DNA of 64,000 bases from Lama guanicoe. Taxonomy: Eukaryota. Position 1 is the first letter of the stretch. Each line of letters opens with the position of its first letter. The DNA lies in contig MU053136.1 in assembly GCA_013239625.1 (NCBI GenBank), positions 452,017 to 516,016 of the forward strand, in the 5' to 3' direction. The notes below the pieces were generated by a model that had not been told where the DNA came from, searched no databases, and worked only from the letters and a program-made list of their open reading frames with translations. Positions 1 to 53,505 of this stretch are shown piece after piece. The position numbers and the translations under genes were made by a program.

Positions 1-877
1 GCAGTGAGTTCTATTGCAGACATCTTAGAAGCCCTAAGTGCCACCCGTAGCCCTACCCAGCCTCTTCCCCAAAGCCCCCATTTTGACTTCTCAGCTATTC
101 AGAAATCTTACCATTAATCAGTCATTCTTCCCCTCGTCCCACCTCAGCCTCTCATTCATCTTCCTCAGCTTCTACCCTACTCCTTACCCACTGTCCTTCC
201 CTTTGCTCTGGAGGTCTTGTCCATATCCTTCATGCTCCCTTCTTTTTATCCTGTCCTGTCTTATATCCCTGACCCAGACAGGCTGTAAAAGCCACCACCA
301 GAAGCTTAGAATTGGAAGAATTCTCATATTCAGGAGGTAGGCAGTTGGCAAGAAGAGCCTTCATTCCATTTTGCAGCCATGGGGTCAGGTCTTCTGAGTA
401 TCTTAAGTTAGTACTCTGAATGCATTGCTCTATAAAGATGTTATTTTAAGCGATGGTCAGAGGCCATATTTCATATCCATTATGAGCTAGAGGAGCTCCT
501 TTGAGCAAGCCTGGGGGAAAAAATCACTCTGTCATGCTATAGTAGTGTTATTTCCAGAAGCATCCTAATCAGGAGAGGATTTGTGGCTTATCCAAAAGTA
601 ATTTTTATTAATCTGTGAAATAAGCCAACCAGTCAGTATCTTCCTATTCTTTATTTTCATGGTGAGTGATGATTTGTCTGTAGATGGTCTGTGGTCCCTT
701 CCACATTACAGTTGCTAGAGTAGTAGCACAGGGGACAACCATAACAAAAGAATCTTATCGTAGTTTGGCTGTTGTAATGGTTTTACAGTTCGTGCTTTTT
801 CTCTTTAAACTTGTATTGCTTTTAACTTAAGTGTTGATTTCTCCCACCTTTAATATTGTCTAATCCCCTTCTGACAG

Positions 878-37791
<36,914 letters not shown>

Positions 37792-38480
37792 ACGGAGGAG
37801 GAGAAGGGACCAGCACGGCGTTGGGGGGGGGCAGGGCAGGGTGGAGGGGGTTGGGGGGTCCTGTCAGGCCACAGAGGCAGAAAGGAAGGTGACAGACACT
37901 AAACTGAAGCCTAAGACAGTAGGGATGAAGATGGGAACAGACAGACACGGACACTCTCACTGGACTCTCACTCCCCTGTCAAGGGCCCCCTTTCTCCCTG
38001 GTTGGCCCCACGTTGCTTCCCTCTCCTTCCTGTCCTCTTCTATCATTTTTAAATCTCTTCTCTCACCACAAAATTAATTTCTTTCATAATTTTTGGTCAG
38101 GTAGAATTGGGAGGATCCCAAACTCCCCTGTTCTATTTCCTTGCCATCCCAAACTCTCCTTTCTTTTTTGGTCTTTATGAATATATTTATATGGACAGAA
38201 TTAAGAAAAAATGAAATTGATTTCCCCTTTCTCTCACCCCATTCTGTCTCCCCAAGCCCCACAGAGTTAAAACTTGGGCCTCCCTCCACCCCCCAGAACA
38301 CTTGTATATTGTTTGAGGTTTGTGCCGCAGTAACAGACACAGTATTTAATTGCACATACAGATGTTTGCTGGGTATATTCACTGTAAATTTTATTTAATC
38401 TGATTTTTTGTTTGTTTGGGGGGTTATTTGGGGGGAGGTTGATTTTGTTTTTAAATATAAAAAAAAATCTGTTACTGGAC
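37792..38480 (+). other. R3HDM2: R3HDM2 3' UTR (approximate end); variant poly(A) signal AATATA at 38454-38459
   Basis: AU/U-rich sequence after the stop; no canonical AATAAA seen; end inferred. Confidence 0.55.
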
Positions 38481-40370
38481 ATCAGGCCCTGTTGCTCTGT
38501 TGCCGCCCTGGTGCAGGTTGGGGTCGGAGGTCCTGAGCAGGTGCAGCCCCACAGCCTTTGGAGGGAGTTGCTGTGGGTTGGCGTGGCTCCTCTGGCATAT
38601 GCATACATACCTTCCTAACACTAGTCCCTGCGTTCTGTCCTCCTCCTTAAATGTGATTCTGTTATATGGCTCTGCTGGGACTCTGCCACTAACTGTGGCT
38701 TTTCAAGCATGTCACTGTTGACTCTGGACCTCTGAGTTCTTACCAGTAAAATAAGAGACTTGAACTGACCAGGTGACCTCTGAGGTTCCTTCTACCTTGT
38801 TAATTCCGTGATACTCATTAGGGCCCTGGTAGCTAAGGCAGGGAGGTGTGAGTGAAGTTCAAAACTGAGTCATGGTGCTGGCCTCATATCTGTCCATCTC
38901 ATCTTCTGAAAACTCTTCAGGTATGGAGGACTTGGACCTGTCTTTAATCCCAAAGCCAGGGATTGGGTTCTACCTGGCAGGAACAGAAATGGATGTTTCT
39001 TACAGTAAAAGCTAGATCAATTGAACTTGGAGTGCCAGGATGCCACATGATCCAGGCATGCTCAGCAGTCCCTGTCCTGCACAGCTAAAGAAAGGTGGAG
39101 AGCAGAAGTCGCTTGCCTGCAAGATGGAGCTTTCCTCTGTCTTCACAAAGCCAGCCCTGTTGTTGTTCAGCCTGTTAGACCAAGGCCGTTAAAGAGCCTG
39201 TTGACCCAGGACCATCTAGCAGCCCCTTTTCAGTATCACCTACGCCTTAAAGAGAAAAGAGCAGTAGGCAAAAATGACAAAGCACATTGCCCTGGAAATG
39301 CCTTGGGTCTGGGTAGCAGTGTTTCTAGCCAGTCTCCTCTGAAGCTTGTCTGACCCAGCCTCCGACATAATCCTTCGCTTCTTACAGATGCAAGGGATAA
39401 AGCAGCACTACATTACCACCTCCAAACTGCTCTCCTCTGAGATAGGAGTATTTCCTTTCGCAGCCGTGTCACAGCCCGGACTAGGAAAGGGCTGCAGCCC
39501 TGTGAGATAAAAATGCCAGATGCTTCACTGACCCATTAGTTCACATGCTGAGATATCAGAGGAAAGGGATGGAGTCAGGGAGTTCCTGATTCACGGTGAT
39601 GAAGGAAGTGTGAGGCTTGGCCATCCTATCTCCAAGAGTTTGCAGTTCCCATGGGGAAAGGGACATTACTTACAGATGATAAAAACTCCCTATGTGACAG
39701 CTTCTGCCTTCTGTCCAATGTTAAAAAAACCATCTCTGTGTGATCATTAGATCCTCTCTCCCCCAGAGCCCCTCAGATGGAAGTCCTAGCCTGGCTTTTT
39801 CTAATAGCTCTTAGAATTCCTTTCACCCTGAGGACAAGATTTTAGAGGAATAGGGGAAAGATGTCTTTGGGGGCAGCTGGTGGGAACAAAGCTGTACCAC
39901 ATGTTCTTCACTCCCTTCCATGATAGCAGCAAGGTACTCTTCCAGCTACCCGTGGAGAAGAAAGCAATCTAGTCTGGCTGATAGGAAAGCTCTGAAAATT
40001 CAAATTTCCCTTTCTTCACCAGTTTCCAGCCCTTTCCTTCCTAAAGGTTTGGGGCTACATCAATGCTTGAGGGCATAAAAGCCCATGGCCACAAGAAGAC
40101 AGTGGCCGAGAAGCCAAAGTCTAGTTCATAGCGGAGGCCCAGGGAAGACAACTGGGGAGATGTCTGGACCTTGAGAAGGGGGATGAGAAAGCTCTACCTT
40201 TAGTCATCTAAAATCACCCGCTTGAGTCTGCAGCATGGACACTGTCCCTTCCTGAAGTTAGCCAGGACTGACCTACACGCCATAGGTGAAAAGCCAGGGA
40301 ACAGCAGCTCGGGGCGAGGGGGAGGAGTTAGGGTCCAGCCCTGCCCAGACCTCCCCGTGTCTAATTTCTC

Positions 40371-40394
40371 TGTGTCAGCTGTGTCGCTCAGCTG
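40371..40394 (+). promoter_or_regulatory. Paired CAGCTG E-boxes in the STAC3 promoter (myogenic bHLH type)
   Basis: CAGCTG at 40376-40381 and 40389-40394, upstream of the STAC3 non-coding exon 1. Confidence 0.6.
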
Positions 40395-40429
40395 TCCACT
40401 TCCCTCCAGCCCTGTCATTTCAGCTCTGA

Positions 40430-40610
40430 CACCAAGGCGAGAGGCTAGGAGGTCTACAAATACCGTCTGGGTAGCTGGTTGAGTACAGAGGGTGCTGGGG
40501 GGCTTAGCCCCCCAAGGAAGAGGACCAGTCCTCCCTCAGCACCACCATCAAGACCCCAGGGGCTCCCTCTTTCCTCCACAGACTGTGGACTGACTTAGGG
40601 AATCCCAAAC
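40430..40610 (+). other. STAC3: STAC3 non-coding first exon (start approximate)
   Basis: Strong donor aac|gtaagt at 40610/40611; the next acceptor ttgcag| lies 1 nt before the ATG. Confidence 0.6.
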
Positions 40611-41347
40611 GTAAGTTGCTTCTTCATCCTCTTCCCACTTCCAGGACTGCTCACCCCAGCTTCCCCAATCCATAGTCTATTCAGCTCCCTCATTTCTCGC
40701 CTTGTCTGTGAGTAGTTTGAATTTTAGGAGTGAAGTTACTGTTCTACTTCAGGCCAAGTGCTAGGATTGGAGGACGGGGTGGGGGTAGGGTCAGGGGAAT
40801 GGAGTAGTAAGGGAAGGAAAGGCTCGTATTACCCTGAAAACTTAAAATAGCTGAGGCCTGAGGCAGGCTGGGAACTAGGCACTGGGCTCAAGGAAGAGGT
40901 AGGGGAGAACAAATGTCCCCAGCCTATCCCTCTGTGCATGCTTCTGGACATACACACTGAACCTCTTGAAAGGGGGACGGGCAAGATGCGTGTCACACTG
41001 CTGTTGCCCCCAGATTCTTAGGAGAAACAAAGTGCCTGTAGGAAAATCCCTAAACCGTGCAGCCTTGCGCACTGTCTTGGGGCCGTGAACTCTGGGGCTG
41101 CCCCTCACGGTGGAAGGATGGGTAATGATTTGAATAACTGGCTGGGACGTTCTTTAGTCTGTTGGGCCTTTCTCTGGACCTCCATGGAATCTTCCTGTTC
41201 ATAAGCCCTGTGAAGAAATCTCTGTTTAACCGAATTTCCCCCGAAGTCTCCCCTTCAAGGACCACCCGACTGCGAGTGACAGGAATAAGGGAGGGAGGAC
41301 TGGCAGTCAGGGGTTAGATTTCATAGTGGGGTCCAACCTCTTGCAGG

Positions 41348-46856
<5,509 letters not shown>

Positions 46857-47176
46857 GCGTGCAGGCGCCTGCTGGGGGGAGATACCCAAACCCCATTCTG
46901 GGCAGGCCCAGTGGAGGTTGGGGAGGAAAGAGGCGAAAGTAGCTATACTGCTGGATGGGAGAGGGGTGGGAAGGCCCATCATAACGTGAAGGGCCTTCGG
47001 GGAAGAGACTGGTTCCCATCCCCGCTCCCCGCTCCCTGCTCCCCGGCGAGGGCATCAGATACTTGGTGCCGGGAGCAGCCTCATCAGCCTTTGAGAGCTG
47101 GAAAAAGAACACGTCTCCACTAGGAGGTGTCCCAAGGGGAGGGAGGTTAAGACGAACCATCGAATGTTGCGAATTT

Positions 47177-47182
47177 ATTAAA
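47177..47182 (+). terminator. STAC3: STAC3 polyadenylation signal ATTAAA
   Basis: ATTAAA about 320 nt after the stop, followed by U-rich sequence. Confidence 0.7.
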
Positions 47183-47289
47183 GTATTGACAAAAGTTTTA
47201 AAAGTTTGCTTTTTAACTGGGTGCCGAAGGGAGAGGGAGAAGCGGGAGCAGAGGGCCTTACGAAGAGGTGGAGAATCCTCCCCAGCTGT

Positions 47290-49656
47290 CCTACCTAACT
47301 ACGATCGGGTAACCCGAGACCCACCTGGGCTGAGGCTGGTGCGAGGTGGGGAGAGTTATGCGTCCGCCAGGCGAGGGCTCTGTCGTCAGTGAAGAAAGGG
47401 GAACTGGACTGGGATCACCGCCCGCGCGCTTCTGCTGCTGAGAGCAAGACGGCTAGCAGGGTAGGTCCCCTAGCTCTTGGCGATTTAGCGGTGGGGAGCC
47501 CTTTACATTTCCGAACCTGGATCACTGCCGAGCTAGGCCGCCAGGGGGCGATGCGAGATCTCGGTTGGAGAGCGAGGGACCAGCGGGGGGTGGGGGCGGT
47601 GGGGAGGGAAGACACCAAGCCGGAGACCCTGGGCTTGGGAGGGGGTGGGGTGCGTGCCGTCTCCATGGCAACACTTCCTCACGTCCTCGGGGAACTAAGC
47701 GAACGAGGCCAGGGGGCCTAACCCCTCCCGCGCGGCCCCCGCCCCAGCCCTTTGCGACAGGTACGGAGTGAGAGGGCGCGGGGCAGACAGCTAACTGGCT
47801 CACGCGGAGCCCCCTACGATGCGCTGTATGCAAATGTTATTATTTGCATATGTAAATATGCAAATCGCCGGCCCCGGTCAGGGTGGCAGGTGGCAGGGAG
47901 AGGGAAGGTGTGGGAAAGGGAGCTGAAGGATACGAGGAGTTTAGGGACCTGGGAGCCCACCAGTAAGAAGCAACCTGGGGTGGCCGCTGGAGTGGGGCTG
48001 GCGGAGGGTCTTGAGCTTGACGGAGGATGGGGGAGGGTCAGCCTGGCCTGCCAGGAGATCCTCTTCTCTTCTGCCGGTTGTCTGCCAGGCCTGAGGTTGG
48101 CACCGCCTAGCAAGGTTGGCAGCGGGAGCCTGGGCACCAGCAGCTGCTGGCGGGGGGGGGGGAGGGCAGAGGCTCAGCTGGGCTGGGGAGGAGGAGGGCC
48201 CAGGACGGGCGCGCCCCCCTTCCTTCCAGAAGGCCGAGGTGTGTTGGGGGTAGGGAAGCACACGGGAAGACTAGCCTCAGAATCTGGTTCGGTTTCCTGT
48301 TCCCTTTGCCCTTGACTGTCCCGGACGCCTGGGGGTGGCGATGGGGTCGTAAAGAAAGACTCAGACAGCCCCCTTGAATCACGCTTGGGCTAGAATAGGA
48401 GCAGATCACAAGCCTCCCCCTCCACCACCACACCCACATTAACCCTTTTGCGCCCATTCCTTCTCGGGGCCCGCCCACCACAAATGTGGGGGCGGGGGGT
48501 GAAGACATATAGGGCTCTGGTCGCAACTCTTCATCAAGCGATCTGAAGGACTCAAACCCAGAGCCCCCGACCCGAGATCCTCAAGAGGGTCCCCCACAAT
48601 GCTGAAGCAAAACCAATTTACTGGCTCATTGGGCGGCGATGCGGGTGTGGGGGTACAGAGAAGCAGAGAGAGAGGCTGTTCTCTCCCCCTACACTCGAGG
48701 GGCACCCTCCTCCCCCGCCTCGCGGAGCCGGCAGCTGTCCCTAATTAGAGCGGCGGTTTAATTGGATTTATCAGCAGTTAATAGGAAATTAAGCAAAGGG
48801 CCCGAGAGAGGGAGGGCGGGAGGAGCGGGGAGGCCGGCTGTGCCGAGCTAGAAGGCCGGGTGCTGGGGTGCCGGGTGCCAGGGTGGGGACACAAGGCCCA
48901 GTTATAGGTGAGCCCCTTGGACACACCTCCCCCCAGTGCTTGCCCGCCGGTTGAGCCCTGGCCGGCGGGCAGAGAGCAGGTCTCAGGAGAGGGAGGCAAG
49001 AGGGACAGCGACCTTGTGTGAGCCCCCTAACGCCCCCACTCCTGCAAGTGGCAGCCTAGGTGATGGATGATGCTGCCTTACACTGCAAAGGTCATAAGTC
49101 TGGGCCAAGGAGCTGACTGAATTGAAAACAGACCAAAGGAGGGGCCCGGTTACCAGGGTTCAGGACCCAAGTGGCATCCTACCCCTCCCCAGTGCCCACC
49201 CTGCTCTTAGCAAAGAAAGTGCCCCTTGAAGTCAAAAGATTGGGCAACACCAGAGATGAGCCTGCCTCCTGGCTGTGTTGGGGATCCTGGGAGTCTCCCT
49301 AAGCAGCTGCCGATATGGCACCCCCCTGTCCCCCAGCTGCTGGGGTTGGGGTTGAGGCTGTGGCCAGATTGGCCTACAGTCCACACCACCGGCCCTGTGG
49401 GCCAAGGAAGGAAGTTTGTAGGTAGTCAAGCGGGGGCACAAGTGTCCACAGGCCCACGCATCTCCTATCACCAGAACCTCATTATATGGCTACATTAACA
49501 AGGCCTGCTTCAGGGAACACCAGCGACCTCTCTGGCACACTTCACCACCGCAGGGCACAGGCAGCAACTCCTGCATACGTGTGGGTAGGAAACTGAATGT
49601 GTAGGAGTAGGTGGGGGTGTCTCTGTGCTCCTGCAGATTATGGGTGTCAATAGCCC

Positions 49657-49693
<37 letters not shown>

Positions 49694-52300
49694 CGCGCGC
49701 CCCTGGTATATGTCTGTGCCGCAGAATGTGTCTTGTCCCCATTCTGCCCTCATACCCAACCTCTAAGCCCCTGAGTGTCTGGGTGTGCATATTTGCTTTG
49801 ACATATCTACGTATCTGTGCATTCTTCATGCCTGCGTGTGCCCCGCATGTGGGCATTTCCGTGTGCCTCTGTCTGCAGAACTGTGTGAGAATCAGGAAAA
49901 GCCTCTGGTAAGTGTGTTGCTCTGGCGTCTCTGCCTGCAGGTGTGTGTGTCTTGGTGACAGTTCGTGGGCGTGTGCCTGGGTGTGAGCTTCGCCGCGGCG
50001 GCGTGTAGTCGAATGACAGTGTGACGCACACACGCTCGTGTGTGTGCGCGGGTTCGCGCGCGCTCGCCAGGGTGAGTCTCCCGCCCCCCGCCCCTTCTCT
50101 CCATTTCTATTCCTCTCTCCTCTCCGGGCGGGCTTGGCTCCGCGGTCCGCATCATCTCCATCCATTATTGAAGAAACAGCCGCGTCCGCTCCAATCACAT
50201 CAACACCCCCCGCCCCTCTCCGTTCTGCTCGCCCCGCGGCCCCTCTGGGTGCTGGGGAGCAGGGGAGCTGCAGCGCGGCGGGGGCGCCAGGCAGGAGCGG
50301 GCTCATGACCCCGTGCCCCGAACAGGGCCAGGCATTGGGACGCCGGGGTCCCCGGCGGAGAGTGCTTTGCATAAACAGATGGCGCGGGCGTCTTTGTCTC
50401 GCTGGTTTGCTCGCCGGGCGGCTCCTGGCTCCGAGGCTGTCTGGCTGATGCAATCATGATCATCTCAGGGCCTCGGGACCCTGCGCCCTTAATAGTGACA
50501 GAGGGGGCAGGGGCCCCGGACTCCCGAGCAGATGCTGGGTACTGTGTCTTCCCTCCAGGGCGCCCCCTCCACGCCCCACTGCAGCAGAGGAAAGACGGAG
50601 GCCGCACCAAGGTGACAGGAATGTGGAAGTGACTGGGAAGGGGACGCTGGGCAGTGCCCCATGGTGTCCCCAGGCTGTCTCGTTGGACTGGTGCAGACCC
50701 CCAGGGGTAGCAAGCCAAAGAATAGTAACAGAACTGGAAAATAGGAAGGGAGAGACAGAGATAAAGAGAGTGACAGAGAGAGAGAGACAGCGAGGTAGAG
50801 AGATGTAGAGGGAAGGAGAGACAAACACAGGCAGACACAGAAACAGATGCAGAGGGACAAAGCCAAGTAAAGAGAGCTGCAGAGGGAGAGACAGAATGAG
50901 AAGGAAAAGAGAGACAGTGACAGACGAGGCCTGAAGAAGGGGCAGAAAAAGGGCAGCCAGAGACTGGATCAGGCAGGGTCGCAGGGAAGACTCAGAGCAG
51001 AGACGGAGCCCCAGGCATCTTGGGCCACCCAGCCTGGCGAGAGGAACCAGCCTGAACCTGGGGTGCCCGCGGCTGGCGAGTTGGGAGCTTCTGCGTCCCT
51101 TCTCCTTCCTTCCACTCGGCCCCACCTCACACAGAAGAGTGGAGGCTGCAGGACCCACTGCCTTGGCGGCGGGAGTGGCAGGAACCGCGTGCCGGCAGGT
51201 ACCGACCCGCCTGGCCCTAACTTAACCTACTCGAAAGCCGCGGAGCGCAGGGCCGGCGCGGTCCGACAGGGGGCGCCCGAGGCACAGCCCCTAAGCGCTT
51301 GAGAGCAGCTCCGCCTCCAGGGGGCGCCCGCGTCCATGGCCCCGCTGCCAGCTCTCTCCCCCGAGCCCAGCTGCTTTTGACATTCAGCTCCGCCAGAGCG
51401 CGGATTAGCGTCCTGTGCAGTTTAGCGTTCAGAGTTGGATCCCAGGGGGACCCCCGCTTGCCCCCAGCCACGCCTAATCCGCAGCTAATGACTTCTGCCG
51501 GCTCGGTCAGCATGACCTGAGTCCTTCTGGTGGTAAAGTGCGGGATGGTGGGAAGAAAGGGGATCTGGAGCCCAAGTTCTGTGTCTCAGCTCAGTCCCAG
51601 AGACCACAATTCAGAGATGGGAAGGGACTTAGCAATAGGGTCACAGACAAGGGGACAGAGACAAGTACCAGAAGCAGGTGAAGGGTCAAGGAACCCCCAG
51701 AGAGGCCAGAGCAGAAGTAATGATATAGTAAGAAACTCGGAGAGCAAGGGCAGAGGCCCAAGGCAGGAGGATCCCCAGCGGCTCTAGAAAAGAAGCGGAG
51801 CGGAGAGTCCAGAATGTGATAGGCTCAGGTCACTGGACATCACAAGAAAGAGCACCGGAAGGCAGGCAAGGGCCCAAGAAGCAAAGAGGCGTGATGCAGG
51901 AGCCAGACATCCTTGTCTGCGTCCTGGCGCCCCAGCTGTGCCACTCAGAGCCAGATGTGCAGCCCAGCTGTGTGGTACCTCAAGTTCCAGGATTAACTTT
52001 TAGTTCCAGAGGCTGGAGGGCTAGGGGGCACAGGTGATAGGACACTCCAGTCCCTGACCCAGCCCTGGAGGTGCGAGTGCTCGGGGAGGGCCGGGCTCTG
52101 CGCTGCTCCAGGCTCTGACATCCCGTCAGTCCCCCTCCCCCGCCCCCCACACACGTAAGCACCGAGTCTCTGTCTCTTTGTTCTCCCCGTGTCTCTGACA
52201 CTTTATCTCATTATCCGCCGGAGGGAGGCGGAAAGCCCAGGACCCCGCAGCCTAATTACAGCCGAGCTTGTCAGTGCAGGAGGCGGGGGAGGTATCAGTG
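47290..52300. promoter_or_regulatory. Broad GC/CpG-rich region (several CpG-island patches) between STAC3 and NDUFA4L2
   Basis: Visibly high CpG density at about 47400-47880, 48300-48970, 49990-50440 and 51060-51510; boundaries approximate. Confidence 0.7.
49659..49700. repeat. (GT)16 microsatellite continued by ACGCGCGCGC
   Basis: Read directly from the sequence. Confidence 0.95.
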
Positions 52301-53330
52301 AAAGGAGGGTGGGGAAAGGAAGAGGACCCACAGGAAAGGATGCCTCTTCCGAGAGGCCCAGCGGTGGGTGCAAAACTCGACCCTGCCTGGACACCACGGG
52401 GCCCTGGAGTGGAGAAGTGGGGCAGCTCTGTAGGATGGGTAACTGCGCAGCAGGGAGGGTAGAAGTTAGCATAGTAGTGGGGAGAGGTGATTAGAGTTCA
52501 GCTCCTGGGTCCCTTGGATCCCAGTTCCTCAAAAACAGTGGCAATGAGCCTTCCCACCCTGACAACATAGCACACACCTGAGTTGGTTGTGCAAAGGGAG
52601 GAAATCGCTCTATACCTCTCTCTGTCTTGTTCTCGTCCCTCCTTCAACATCTTTTCTATCTTTCCTTATTTCCTTCACTCCATTTGCTTTCTATCACAGC
52701 CAGAGGCAGAAAGTGTCTTCCCTGGATGGCTCTCCACCTTCACCCCCTACCCAAGGTAGGCAGAGGGAAAAAGTCTCTCAAGCCCCTAAACTTTGCCAAC
52801 TGACTTAGACTATCCTGAGCCAGATTTATGATAATGCCTGGCTCCCCTGGCCTCCAAACACTATTCCAGGCCAACCACAATACAACTTGGAAAAACTGCC
52901 CAGACTAGAGCGGCTGGGGCAGCTTTAGTTCTGTCGGTCTCTCCGTCTGCCTCCTTTTCCCACTATCCTGTGGAGAGAGACAGAAGCAGAGTCCCCAAGA
53001 CCTGACAGCTCCTGGGTGGCTCTCGGGGTATCAGGGAAGCTTTGCAGATACCTTCACTCGTCACCAACCCCTCCTGGTCCTCCCTGTGAACACTCCACAT
53101 CTGTGCTTTACCGGAGGCCTGTCTGTCCCCTGGTGAGTCCTTTCTCCCACTTCTAGATCCCCCCTCAATCAGTCTCTGGGTCAGAGTCTGAGAGACCTCT
53201 CCCTTGGACCAGCCCAAAGCATGATAGTGTCCCATGGACCAGGAGTGGAGGAGCAGAAATCCCTCTGCTCCCTAACAATTTCCCGGCTGAGAGATGGGGG
53301 GTGGAGTGAGTCTGAGGAAGCAGCCAGGCT

Positions 53331-53365
53331 GGGCTGGGCTGGGCTGGGCTGGGCTGGGCTGGGCT
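53331..53365 (+). repeat. (GGGCT)7 pentamer repeat upstream of the NDUFA4L2 ATG
   Basis: Read directly from the sequence. Confidence 0.95.
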
Positions 53366-53448
53366 GACCCCTCCCCAGAGTGGGGCGGGACCCCAGGAGG
53401 AGAAAGGGAGTAGGGCCACTGGAGAGGACCAGACACTGGAGAGGCGAT

Positions 53449-53505
53449 ATGGCAGGAACCAGCCTAGGAGCCCGCTTCTACCGGCAGATTAAGAGACATC
53501 CTGGG
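53449..53505 (+). CDS. NDUFA4L2: NDUFA4L2 coding exon 1
   Basis: ATG 53449 ... ggg|gtgagt; 57 nt. Confidence 0.95.

Noticed and set aside
49647..51158. Long - strand ORFs (268, 232 and 212 aa) in the CpG island
   Set aside because: They run through (CA)n, CT-rich and GC-rich low-complexity DNA where stops are rare; several overlapping frames are open; no recognisable domain.
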